Source: an uncultured Flavobacteriales bacterium
Lineage (GTDB): Bacteria > Bacteroidota > Bacteroidia > Flavobacteriales_G > Salibacteraceae
DNA: 64,000 nucleotides
NCBI GenBank assembly: GCA_913020435.1
Contig: CAJVZZ010000001.1
Coordinates: 108,105 to 172,104, forward strand
Reading direction: 5' to 3'
Shown in pieces: positions 18,765-27,776 of this stretch. The position numbers and the translations under genes are program-made. The notes under the pieces are model-generated. The model saw nothing but the letters and a program-made list of their open reading frames with translations, searched no databases and had not been told where the DNA came from. Position 1 is the stretch's first letter, and every line of letters begins with the position of its first letter.

Positions 18765-20062
18765 TGGCACAATTAGCAAAATGGAAACATCGAATGCTTA
18801 ACCTTGGGTTAAACTTTTTGGTATGCTCTATTTTGTATTGTAGCTTATTTTCTTGCTCTGCTCCTGAAGTTAAAAATCTTGCAGCTTCTGAAATATTAGG
18901 TAATCTGAATTATCCAGCACTTTGCTATGGGGGTTATCGTTCAAATTCACGCAAAATTGAACCTTCTAAGGAGGAGTTAAAAGAAGATTTAATAATCCTT
19001 TCAGCACTCGGAATCAAAATTTTGAGAACTTATCATGCAGCTGAATTTGGGCAAGCAGAAAATCTTTTAAAAGTTATTTCAGAATTAAAAGAGGATAATC
19101 CAAATTTTGAAATGTATGTCATGCTTGGTGCCTGGATTGAGTGCAAGAATGCTTGGACCGATTTACCCGATCATACTTTAGAAAATTTTGAGAAGAATAA
19201 AAATGAGGTTAGAACTGCTATTCGACTCGCAACTTCATATCCCGACATTGTAAAAGTAATTGCTGTTGGTAACGAATCTATGGTGCATTGGGCAGCAAGT
19301 TACTTTGTTCATCCTGAGGTAGTATTACGTTGGGTTAACCTTGTGCAATCACTAAAAAGTAAAGGCAAATTATCTAAAGACTTGTGGGTTACTAGTTCCG
19401 ATAATTTTGCTTCTTGGGGTGGAGTAGATAGCTCTTACCACAATGCAAGTCTGTTAGAATTGATTGATGCCGTGGATTATGTTTCCATACACACTTATCC
19501 ATTTCATGACACTCATTATGATGGTGAATTTTGGATTCAACCAGACAGCAATGATGTATTAATTAAGAAATCTCAAATAGACTTTGGAATGGCTAAGGCA
19601 GTAGAACATGCTCAAAGTCAATTCAGTTCGGTTAAGAGTTTCATGCAGGAAAATGGAATTAAAAAACCAATTCACATTGGAGAAACTGGTTGGGCAACTA
19701 TTTCTACGGATAATTATGGCCATAATGGAACTAATGCAGCCGACGAATACAAGCAAAGAGCTTACTATTTGGGAATGAAAAACTGGATAGATTCCATAGG
19801 TGTAAGTTGCTTCTTTTTCGAAGCATTTGATGAGCCGTGGAAAGATGCCAGAAATACTAGCGGTTCAGAAAATCATTTTGGTTGGATTGATATTGAAGGT
19901 AAGGCCAAATGTATTTTGTGGGATCAAATTGATCAAGGAAAGCTAAACGGTCTAAAACGAAATAATATAGAAATTACTAAAAGCTACAATGGAAATTTAG
20001 ACTCAATGCTGCTTTATAGCTCAGCTCCTCCTATAAAAGTTTTAGAAAACGATACATTATGA
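18764..20062 (+). CDS. GH17 family beta-1,3-glucanase lipoprotein
   Basis: GH17-like acid/base (AVGNESMVHW) and nucleophile (IHIGETGWAT) regions, with a lipoprotein-like signal (SLFSCSAPE). Confidence 0.75.
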   Translation: MAQLAKWKHRMLNLGLNFLVCSILYCSLFSCSAPEVKNLAASEILGNLNYPALCYGGYRSNSRKIEPSKEELKEDLIILSALGIKILRTYHAAEFGQAENLLKVISELKEDNPNFEMYVMLGAWIECKNAWTDLPDHTLENFEKNKNEVRTAIRLATSYPDIVKVIAVGNESMVHWAASYFVHPEVVLRWVNLVQSLKSKGKLSKDLWVTSSDNFASWGGVDSSYHNASLLELIDAVDYVSIHTYPFHDTHYDGEFWIQPDSNDVLIKKSQIDFGMAKAVEHAQSQFSSVKSFMQENGIKKPIHIGETGWATISTDNYGHNGTNAADEYKQRAYYLGMKNWIDSIGVSCFFFEAFDEPWKDARNTSGSENHFGWIDIEGKAKCILWDQIDQGKLNGLKRNNIEITKSYNGNLDSMLLYSSAPPIKVLENDTL

Positions 20063-21618
20063 AACAAAAAAACAGAATTCTAGTTCAAATCGCATTAATT
20101 GTTGCCTTAGGTGGGCTTTTAATGGGTTTTGACGCCTCAGTAATATCAGGTGTGATTCAGTTTATTGAGGTGGAATTTGCGCTTACAAAACTAGAATTAG
20201 GCTGGGCCGTAGCTTCACTTACTCTTACTGCAACTTTAGCGATGATGGTCGCTGGACCTTTGAGTGATCGATTTGGAAGAAGGACTATACTGCGATATGC
20301 CGCCATTTTATACACTCTTTCGGCAATTGGGTCCGCTTTTGCACCTTCATTTATTTGGCTAGTTGTAGCTCGAATGGTTGGCGGTTTTGGTGTTGGAGCT
20401 TCGCTCATATTGGCCCCCATGTATATTGCTGAAATGGCACCGCCTAGAATTAGAGGTAGACTAGTATCATTTAACCAATTGAATATCGTAATTGGAATAT
20501 CCTTGGCATTTTTTACCAATTATCTTATTCTTCAATTTGCAAAATCAGATGCTAGTTGGGCTCAATCTCTTGGTTTTAATCAATACAATTGGCGTTGGAT
20601 GCTTGGCCTTGAAGCTTTACCTGCTATTCTCTATTACTTAGGTTTATTTTTCGTTCCAAAGAGTCCGCGTTGGTTAATTCTTAAAGGAGAATTTGAAAAA
20701 GCGAAAGAAGTAATGTCACGCTTTAATTCTGAAAAAGACACTGAAGAGGTTATTGCTCAAATGATTGAAAAGAACAATAATCCTGGAGTAAAAAAGGAAG
20801 GTAAAATTTCAGATTTATTTAAACCGGCAATGCGGCTTGTTCTTACTATTGGCATTGTGGTGGCAGTGCTCCAGCAAATAACGGGAATCAATTCCGTGTT
20901 TTTCTATGCTCCAATGATTTTTGAGCAATCAGGAATAGGAACAGATGCTTCTTTTATGCAGGCTATATTAGTTGGTATTGTAAACTTAGTTTTTACATTA
21001 TTGGCGATGTACTTTATTGACAGGCTGGGACGTAAACCCTTGTTAAGTGTTGGAGTTGCAGGAATTGCACTTTCTATGTTTTTATTGGCGTTCGAATTTA
21101 ATTCGGCAACCTACCAACTTACTCCAGAAAAAATGAATCAATTATCTTTAAAAATGGAAATTGGTGCATTAGGATCATTGAACAATATTACTTATGAATC
21201 TGAAAGTGAATTCAAAGTTGCGCTTATTGCTAATCTAGGTAAAGAAGAGTTTGAAGCAAATAAAGAGGTGTTATTGAAAACGGCAGTTTCCATGAATTCG
21301 ATGCTAATATTATTTGCGATTTTAGGATTTGTAGCCTCCTTTGCATTTTCAATAGGGCCTGTTATGTGGGTGCTATTTTCAGAATTATTTCCAAATTACA
21401 TACGAGGTATCGCTATTTCGTTTGTTGGTTTAATTAATTCTGGAATTAGCTTCGTTGTTCAGTGGGTTTTCCCTTGGGAATTAGAAGTTCTTGGAAGTGA
21501 TGTGACTTTTTTAATCTATGGAATATTTGCAGCCATCGGATTTGTGTTTATCATCAAGGTAATCCCTGAAACAAAAGGTAAGTCACTAGAAGAAATTGAA
21601 GCTCAACTGGTAAAATAG
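20059..21618 (+). CDS. MFS sugar-porter family transporter with an enlarged loop between TM9 and TM10
   Basis: Sugar-porter motifs (GRR, PKSPRWL, PETKG) and 12 predicted TM segments. An extra hydrophilic segment of about 68 aa is encoded at 21097-21300. The ATGA overlaps the GH17 stop. Confidence 0.85.
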   Translation: MKQKNRILVQIALIVALGGLLMGFDASVISGVIQFIEVEFALTKLELGWAVASLTLTATLAMMVAGPLSDRFGRRTILRYAAILYTLSAIGSAFAPSFIWLVVARMVGGFGVGASLILAPMYIAEMAPPRIRGRLVSFNQLNIVIGISLAFFTNYLILQFAKSDASWAQSLGFNQYNWRWMLGLEALPAILYYLGLFFVPKSPRWLILKGEFEKAKEVMSRFNSEKDTEEVIAQMIEKNNNPGVKKEGKISDLFKPAMRLVLTIGIVVAVLQQITGINSVFFYAPMIFEQSGIGTDASFMQAILVGIVNLVFTLLAMYFIDRLGRKPLLSVGVAGIALSMFLLAFEFNSATYQLTPEKMNQLSLKMEIGALGSLNNITYESESEFKVALIANLGKEEFEANKEVLLKTAVSMNSMLILFAILGFVASFAFSIGPVMWVLFSELFPNYIRGIAISFVGLINSGISFVVQWVFPWELEVLGSDVTFLIYGIFAAIGFVFIIKVIPETKGKSLEEIEAQLVK

Positions 21619-21624
21619 ATAATT

Positions 21625-22821
21625 ATGAAAGAAATAATCTTTGGGTCAATTCTTTGTCTTGCCATGGTCGGATGCAATACGAACCGAGCTATTGAGGCTG
21701 CAGGTCAAGCTGAATCTCTTTCCGAGAAAAGAATAGTGGTGCCCTTTGATAGTTCCAATTTTGAAAGTGAAACGCAAAATTTCACTACAATTATCCAAAC
21801 TACCGGAAGATACAAGATTTCCGTTTTTGGCTCTAAAGGTAGCGGTGAAGTTTGGATCGAAGATTACGTTGAAAATCAAGATCAACGAGAGTACAATATT
21901 ACTGGGAGCCTGAAAATAGCCCAAAATTCAACTGCAAGTATTGAAGGTTCGCCTCTTGCTTCTGGAGAGCACAGCATGCAAGTGCATAAATCAATTAATT
22001 TTCAAGTTGACAGTTTGGTGTTAGAATTAATCCAGAATAACCAAGATACAAAAGACACTTTAGTTCAAAACACTGAAGGGGAGAAATGGGAATTGGTATG
22101 GTCTGATGAATTTGAAAATGCGGGTCTCCCAGATAGTACAAAATGGAGCTATAATATTGGAAATTGGGGATGGGGAAATAATGAACTGCAGTATTATACT
22201 TCCGATAAATTAGAAAATGCTAAAATTGAAGATGGAAACCTTGTAATAACGGCAATCAAAGATCTTAAAGATTCAACATGGACTTCTGCAAGATTGACCA
22301 CACAGGGTAAGGTTGCATTTAAATATGGGAAAATAGAGTTTAGAGCAAAAGTTCCTGCAGTTCGTGGCACTTGGGCAGCTGGTTGGTTGCTTGGAGATGC
22401 ATATCGAGATGAAATCTCTTGGCCATATTGTGGTGAAATTGATGTTCTGGAGTGTGTCGGTTATGAAATAAATGATACTACAGAAAAAGGAATAAATCAT
22501 GCAACTTGTCACACTAGAGCTTATTACTTCAAGCAGAACAATCAAATTGGAAGTGAGATAGAGTTGGATAGTATGCACTCAAAATTTCATACTTATTCTG
22601 TAGAATGGTATCCAAATGAAATCAAAGGTTTTGTAGATGGAATTCATTATTACACGTATGATAAAAACGCAAATGATCAAGAATGGCCATTTCACCAGTC
22701 ACAGAATATTATTCTAAACTTAGCTATTGGTGGTGGTTGGGGAGGATTAAAAGGTGTTGATCAATCTATGATTAGCCAGCAGTACACGATTGATTACGTA
22801 AGAGTTTTTGAAAAAAGATAA
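21625..22821 (+). CDS. GH16 family beta-1,3(4)-glucanase (laminarinase-type) lipoprotein
   Basis: Catalytic motif GEIDVLECVG plus WAAGWLLG, a lipobox (LAMVGCNTN) and an N-terminal module of about 150 aa of unknown type. Confidence 0.85.
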   Translation: MKEIIFGSILCLAMVGCNTNRAIEAAGQAESLSEKRIVVPFDSSNFESETQNFTTIIQTTGRYKISVFGSKGSGEVWIEDYVENQDQREYNITGSLKIAQNSTASIEGSPLASGEHSMQVHKSINFQVDSLVLELIQNNQDTKDTLVQNTEGEKWELVWSDEFENAGLPDSTKWSYNIGNWGWGNNELQYYTSDKLENAKIEDGNLVITAIKDLKDSTWTSARLTTQGKVAFKYGKIEFRAKVPAVRGTWAAGWLLGDAYRDEISWPYCGEIDVLECVGYEINDTTEKGINHATCHTRAYYFKQNNQIGSEIELDSMHSKFHTYSVEWYPNEIKGFVDGIHYYTYDKNANDQEWPFHQSQNIILNLAIGGGWGGLKGVDQSMISQQYTIDYVRVFEKR

Positions 22822-22823
22822 GC

Positions 22824-24332
22824 TTGAACTTTAGATTATTACTCATATTTTTCGTATTTATTGCATGCAATTCAAAGCGCGAACAGCATCTAAGTGTTCG
22901 AGTTTTTCAGACGAGTGCTAGTGGTGACAAACTGACTGAGAAAAGTTTGTCTGAATCGCAAAAATCTCCGGAACATACAGTTCAAATAAATCCAAATAAA
23001 AAATTTCAAGTCATAACAGGTATAGGTGGAGCTTTTACTGAATCTTCAGCATCTATTCTAAATCAATTGAGCAAATCCAATAGGGTTAAAATAATGAAGG
23101 CCTATTTTTCAGATAGCGGGGCTAATTATTCCTTGACTAGAACTCACATAAATTCCTGCGATTTTTCTTTAGGCACCTACTCTTATGATTCCGTCGTAAA
23201 TGATACTCAACTGCAATATTTTGATATTTCACCAGATAAGAACGATCTTATTCCAATGATAAAAGAAGCCCAAGCTATTTCTAACGAGGGGTTTAAAATC
23301 ATTGCTTCTCCTTGGACTGCTCCACCGTGGATGAAGGATAATAATAGCTGGAAAGGAGGGAAGTTACTTCCTAAATATTATACAACTTGGGCAAATTACT
23401 TGGTGAAGTATATTGATGAATACAAAAAAGAAGGAATACCAATTTGGGCATTAACTATAGAAAACGAACCGCTTGGAAATGGGGAGAACTGGGAAAGCAT
23501 GCACTATACACCTCAAGAAATGGCCAGTTTTATAAAAAGTCATTTGGGTCCGACCTTAGACAAGAATAACCTAGAAACTGAATTGTTGGTTTATGATCAA
23601 AATAGAGGAGAAGATTTAAATGCGTGGTCTTCAATTTTACTCACTGATAGTATGTTGGAACCTTACATATATGGAACAGCAGTTCATTGGTATTCTAGCA
23701 CAGTGGATTGGTTTCCGCAGTCTCTGCAGCAAACGCATGCATACGCCCCTCAAAAACATATCATTCAAACAGAGGGCTGTATTGATGCAGAAATTCCTAA
23801 GTGGAAAGACGATGCGTGGTATTGGAAAAAAGAAGCGACTGATTGGGGTTGGGATTGGGCAATTGAAGAAGACAAACCAAATCACCCAAAATATGTTCCT
23901 ACCTATAGGTATGCCCGTGATATAATAGGTTGTATGAATAACTGGGTAGAAGGTTGGATAGATTGGAATATGGTTTTGGATAAGAAAGGGGGCCCCAATT
24001 GGGCAAATAATTGGTGTATTGCTCCAGTAATAGCCGATCCAGAAAAAGATGAAGTTTATTTTACGCCATTGTATTATGTAATGGCTCATTTTAGTAAGTA
24101 TTTTCGGCCCAATTCAAGGAGAATAGAATGTATTTCAACTTCAGATGGTCTGCTAGTTACAGCTGTTGAAAATACTACTGGAAGTATAGCTGTTGCTGTT
24201 TTAAATGAACAGAATGACCCACTTACTTTCAATTTAAAAATAGGGTCACAATCTCAGATAGTAGAAATTGAAGGTAAGGCATTGCAAACTATCATAGTTA
24301 ACGGAAAATCAATACTGAAAAAAGCAAATTAG
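22824..24332 (+). CDS. GH30 family glycosidase (beta-1,6-glucosidase-type) lipoprotein
   Basis: GH30-like acid/base TIENEPLG and nucleophile-region IIQTEGC, with a lipobox (FVFIACNSK). TTG start 2 nt after the GH16 stop. Confidence 0.8.
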   Translation: MNFRLLLIFFVFIACNSKREQHLSVRVFQTSASGDKLTEKSLSESQKSPEHTVQINPNKKFQVITGIGGAFTESSASILNQLSKSNRVKIMKAYFSDSGANYSLTRTHINSCDFSLGTYSYDSVVNDTQLQYFDISPDKNDLIPMIKEAQAISNEGFKIIASPWTAPPWMKDNNSWKGGKLLPKYYTTWANYLVKYIDEYKKEGIPIWALTIENEPLGNGENWESMHYTPQEMASFIKSHLGPTLDKNNLETELLVYDQNRGEDLNAWSSILLTDSMLEPYIYGTAVHWYSSTVDWFPQSLQQTHAYAPQKHIIQTEGCIDAEIPKWKDDAWYWKKEATDWGWDWAIEEDKPNHPKYVPTYRYARDIIGCMNNWVEGWIDWNMVLDKKGGPNWANNWCIAPVIADPEKDEVYFTPLYYVMAHFSKYFRPNSRRIECISTSDGLLVTAVENTTGSIAVAVLNEQNDPLTFNLKIGSQSQIVEIEGKALQTIIVNGKSILKKAN

Positions 24333-24333
24333 A

Positions 24334-27300
24334 ATGGAGGAGTTAAACCCAGAAATAGTAGGTGAATACACTACACTGAGTGACGGAGATTACTTTGTAA
24401 TCAGAAACTTTAATAAAATGCGTGCGTTTTTCATGACGGTTGTAAGCGCAAATAATCATTGGATGTTTATATCGAGCAATGGTGCTCTAACGGCTGGAAG
24501 AATTAACCCCGATAGCGCATTTTTCCCATACTACACAGACGATAAAATAACGGATTCCGCTGGAATTACAGGCTCAAAAACTATCATTCGCGTGCAAACA
24601 GAAGCCGGTATTAAAGTATGGCAGCCCTTTAATGATCAACTAGAGGGTTTTTATAATACAACCAGCAACATATACAAAAACAGAGAAGGTAATAAACTAG
24701 TTTTCGAAGAAGTGAATCACGATTTGGATTTAATTTTTCGATATTCTTGGTCTTTTTCGGAGAAGTATGGAATCGTAAAAAAGTCCGAATTAATCAATAT
24801 TGGAAAAAATGACCAAAATATAAACCTATTGGATGGAATTCAAAATATTCTTCCATTTGGTATAATGCAGGCATTACAAAATGAACGAAGTACACTTGCT
24901 GATGCTTATAAAACAGCAGTTTGGGATGATTCTAAAAAGCTAGGAATTTATTCTTTGAGTTCAATGGTTGTAGATAAAGCGGAGCCAAGTGAGGCTCTGA
25001 AAGCAACGACGGTTTGGACAAATGGAATTGACTGCAAAAATATTTTGCTTTCATCGGTTCAAGTAGCTGAATTTAATAGATCAGGAAAAATTGAGTTTGA
25101 GCATATAGTAAAGGCTGAGAAAGGTGCATTTTTTGTTAATTCTGAATTCATTTTGAAATCAAAAGGAAATAAAGAATGGTCTTTAATTGGAGAGGTAAAC
25201 CAGTCTTCAAGTGATTTGGCTAAGCTTTCGAATGTAATTTCTAATAGGTCAAAAATTCAGCTCGAATTAGAAGCTGATATATGGAAAAACAAACAAGATC
25301 TTAGAAAAAAAATAGGACTAAGTGATGGTATTCAGTTATCAAAAGATAGATTAGGAACAGGCAGACATTTTTCTAACGTGTTATTTAACATCATGCGTGG
25401 TGGAACTTATGAGGATGAATATCAGATAGATACTCAAGACTTATCAGAGCATATTGCTGTAATGAATAAGGCAGCCCATGCTGAGCTTCAGCCAATATTA
25501 ACTGAGCTACCAAATTTTATTTCCTATCACCAGTTGCGTTATTTTTTACAGGCTTCTAAGCATAAGGGAATAATGCGTTATTACTTGGAATACCTTCCAC
25601 TTTCCTTTAGCAGAAGACACGGTGACCCTAGCAGACCATGGAACTACTTTAGTATTAAGCTAAAGAATGAAAAAGGAAAAGGAGTGAAAAATTACGAAGG
25701 GAATTGGCGTGATATTTTTCAGAATTGGGAAGCGCTTGCATACAGTTATCCAGAATATGCACTTGGTATGATTTCCAAATTTGTAAATGCCTCTAGCATA
25801 GATGGCTATAATCCTTATCGAATTACAAAAGATGGAATAGATTGGGAGGTTGTAGATCCTGCTGATCCTTGGTCGCACATTGGATATTGGGGAGATCATC
25901 AGGTTATATACTTAACCAAGCTTTTAGAGTTTTCAGATAATTTCCACCCTATTAGATTAAGGAAACTATTAAATCAACCCATTTTCTCTTATGCTAATGT
26001 ACCGTATCGAATTAAAGGATATGATGCGATAGTAAACGACGCTAAGCACACTATAAATTTCGATTTTGGAGTGGAGAAGTCCATCAAAAAGCAAGTCGAA
26101 AAATTAGGTTCAGATGGTAAATTGGTTCATAGTTCTGCAGGAAATATCGTTCTGGTAAATTTGACTGAGAAATTATTGGTAATGATACTTACCAAGCTTT
26201 ACAACTTTGTTCCGGAAGGTGGAATATGGTTGAATACACAACGTCCTGAATGGAATGATGCCAATAATGCTTTAGTTGGTAATGGAGTTTCAATGGTTAC
26301 ACTGTATTACTTACATCGTCTTCTGAAATTTTCAGAGACATTATTTAGCAATTTAGAAAAAAGCAGTGTTTCTATTAATAAACCTGTTATTGATTTAATG
26401 GATGCAATATCTAGGTCATTTAGTGATTATAATGAGTCTCTTATTAATGGATTTAATGATGTGGATCGAAGAAGCTTTATGGATAGTGTTGGTGTTGCAG
26501 GTGAGCATTATAGAACTACGGCTTATAGCGGTTTTACTGGTGAAAAACGTGAATTGACCTATTCTAAACTCAAAGACTTTTTAGCAACTGCACGGAAATA
26601 TTTGAGTCATTCGATTGCAATTAACAAACGAAAAGATGGATTATTTCATTCTTATAATCTTTTAGATTTTTCCAGTAATAAGGCTAGAATTAGTCATTTG
26701 TATAAAATGTTAGAAGGTCAAGTGTCTGTTCTAAGTGCGAACTACTTATCTCCAAAAGAATCCGTTCACATTCTAGATGCTTTAAAGTCAAGCGACATGT
26801 TTCGAGTAGATCAGTATAGCTATATGCTTTATCCAGATCGTGACTTGTCCTCTTTTGTGAATAAGAACAACATAAATGCTGAAGACTTGGCAAACTCAAG
26901 ATTAGCTGATGCCTTGCTTTCAAATAATAATACTTCAATTATTGAAAAAGACATTAATGGGGTAGCTCATTTCAACGGCGAGTTTCACAATTCGGAAGAT
27001 TTAGAAAATGCATTGGATAAATTGACTGGACCGATTTGGACGCGTCTAGTTAGAAGCGAAAAAAAGAAGTTTATTGCTCTTTTTGAGAAAGTATTTAATC
27101 ACAAATCGTTCACTGGACGTTCGGGTGCATTTTATGGCTATGAAGGACTAGGAAGTATTTATTGGCACATGGTTTCTAAGTTATTGTTGGCAATTCAAGA
27201 AAACATTTATAAGCTCAATGACTCAGACAAAGGAACTGAAACGTATGGAAAACTAGTCGAACATTATTTTGAGGTTAGAGCTGGAATTGGGATCAATAAG

Positions 27301-27765
27301 TCTCCAAAATTGTATGGAGCATTTCCGACAGATGCATATTCGCATACTCCTAAACATGCAGGAGTAAAGCAGCCTGGAATGACAGGACAGGTAAAGGAAG
27401 ACATCATAAACCGTTGGGCAGAATTGGGAGTACAAGCTCATCAAGGAAGACTCTCTTACAAACCGAAATTCTTAAGGAAATCTGAGTTTATCGATCAAGA
27501 AGATTCACTTTCTTGTTACTCATACCTAGGAGAAGTAATTAAGGTTATTGTTCCTAAAAATGGATTAGGATTTACTTACTGCCAAACACCTGTTGTCTAC
27601 AAAATTGAAGATAACAATGATCTCAACATTTTTTATACCGATGGTAGTTCCAAAAAAGTTGAAGGCTGCACGTTGGATCTTGAAGATTCGAAAAGTGTTT
27701 TTAAGAGAAAAGGGAAAATCTTAAGAATTGAATTATCCATTAAGGAAGAAAATCTTTTGCCTTAA
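24334..27765 (+). CDS. Large cytoplasmic protein, putative GH149/GH161-type (GH94-clan) beta-1,3-glucan phosphorylase
   Basis: 1143 aa with no signal peptide. It carries an RPEWNDANNALVGNG motif (WND at 26251-26259) that resembles the catalytic-acid DWND-type motif of GH94-clan phosphorylases. Conserved-looking RRHGDPSRPWN and GYWGDHQVIYL blocks are also present. Size and GH16/GH17/GH30/MFS neighbourhood match what I recall for bacterial GH149. Confidence 0.5.
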   Translation: MEELNPEIVGEYTTLSDGDYFVIRNFNKMRAFFMTVVSANNHWMFISSNGALTAGRINPDSAFFPYYTDDKITDSAGITGSKTIIRVQTEAGIKVWQPFNDQLEGFYNTTSNIYKNREGNKLVFEEVNHDLDLIFRYSWSFSEKYGIVKKSELINIGKNDQNINLLDGIQNILPFGIMQALQNERSTLADAYKTAVWDDSKKLGIYSLSSMVVDKAEPSEALKATTVWTNGIDCKNILLSSVQVAEFNRSGKIEFEHIVKAEKGAFFVNSEFILKSKGNKEWSLIGEVNQSSSDLAKLSNVISNRSKIQLELEADIWKNKQDLRKKIGLSDGIQLSKDRLGTGRHFSNVLFNIMRGGTYEDEYQIDTQDLSEHIAVMNKAAHAELQPILTELPNFISYHQLRYFLQASKHKGIMRYYLEYLPLSFSRRHGDPSRPWNYFSIKLKNEKGKGVKNYEGNWRDIFQNWEALAYSYPEYALGMISKFVNASSIDGYNPYRITKDGIDWEVVDPADPWSHIGYWGDHQVIYLTKLLEFSDNFHPIRLRKLLNQPIFSYANVPYRIKGYDAIVNDAKHTINFDFGVEKSIKKQVEKLGSDGKLVHSSAGNIVLVNLTEKLLVMILTKLYNFVPEGGIWLNTQRPEWNDANNALVGNGVSMVTLYYLHRLLKFSETLFSNLEKSSVSINKPVIDLMDAISRSFSDYNESLINGFNDVDRRSFMDSVGVAGEHYRTTAYSGFTGEKRELTYSKLKDFLATARKYLSHSIAINKRKDGLFHSYNLLDFSSNKARISHLYKMLEGQVSVLSANYLSPKESVHILDALKSSDMFRVDQYSYMLYPDRDLSSFVNKNNINAEDLANSRLADALLSNNNTSIIEKDINGVAHFNGEFHNSEDLENALDKLTGPIWTRLVRSEKKKFIALFEKVFNHKSFTGRSGAFYGYEGLGSIYWHMVSKLLLAIQENIYKLNDSDKGTETYGKLVEHYFEVRAGIGINKSPKLYGAFPTDAYSHTPKHAGVKQPGMTGQVKEDIINRWAELGVQAHQGRLSYKPKFLRKSEFIDQEDSLSCYSYLGEVIKVIVPKNGLGFTYCQTPVVYKIEDNNDLNIFYTDGSSKKVEGCTLDLEDSKSVFKRKGKILRIELSIKEENLLP

Positions 27766-27776
27766 TCAGAGTTATA

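Noticed and set aside
20157-20519. ORFs nested inside or antisense to longer genes. This 120-aa minus-strand ORF lies inside the MFS gene. Others of the same kind are 674..856, 2039..2311, 3366..3608, 4994..5239, 5267..5503, 6477..6797, 11254..11544, 19559..19756, 21646..21924, 22273..22578, 23620..23925, 23637..24089, 25660..25899, 26690..26938, 27253..27444, 28718..28990, 31119..31343, 38254..39861 (several), 40945..41265, 42532..43330 (several), 43794..44777, 45182..45676, 46448..47577, 48276..48494, 49068..49452, 50219..51022, 52103..52312, 52561..52761, 54420..54744, 56384..56934, 59270..59470, 61962..62195 and 62550..62795.
   Set aside because: Each is fully embedded in, or antisense to, a longer ORF that carries clear family motifs. 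Their translations are low-complexity or Cys/Ile/Phe-rich, as expected from reading AT-rich coding DNA out of frame. I recognised no motifs in them.
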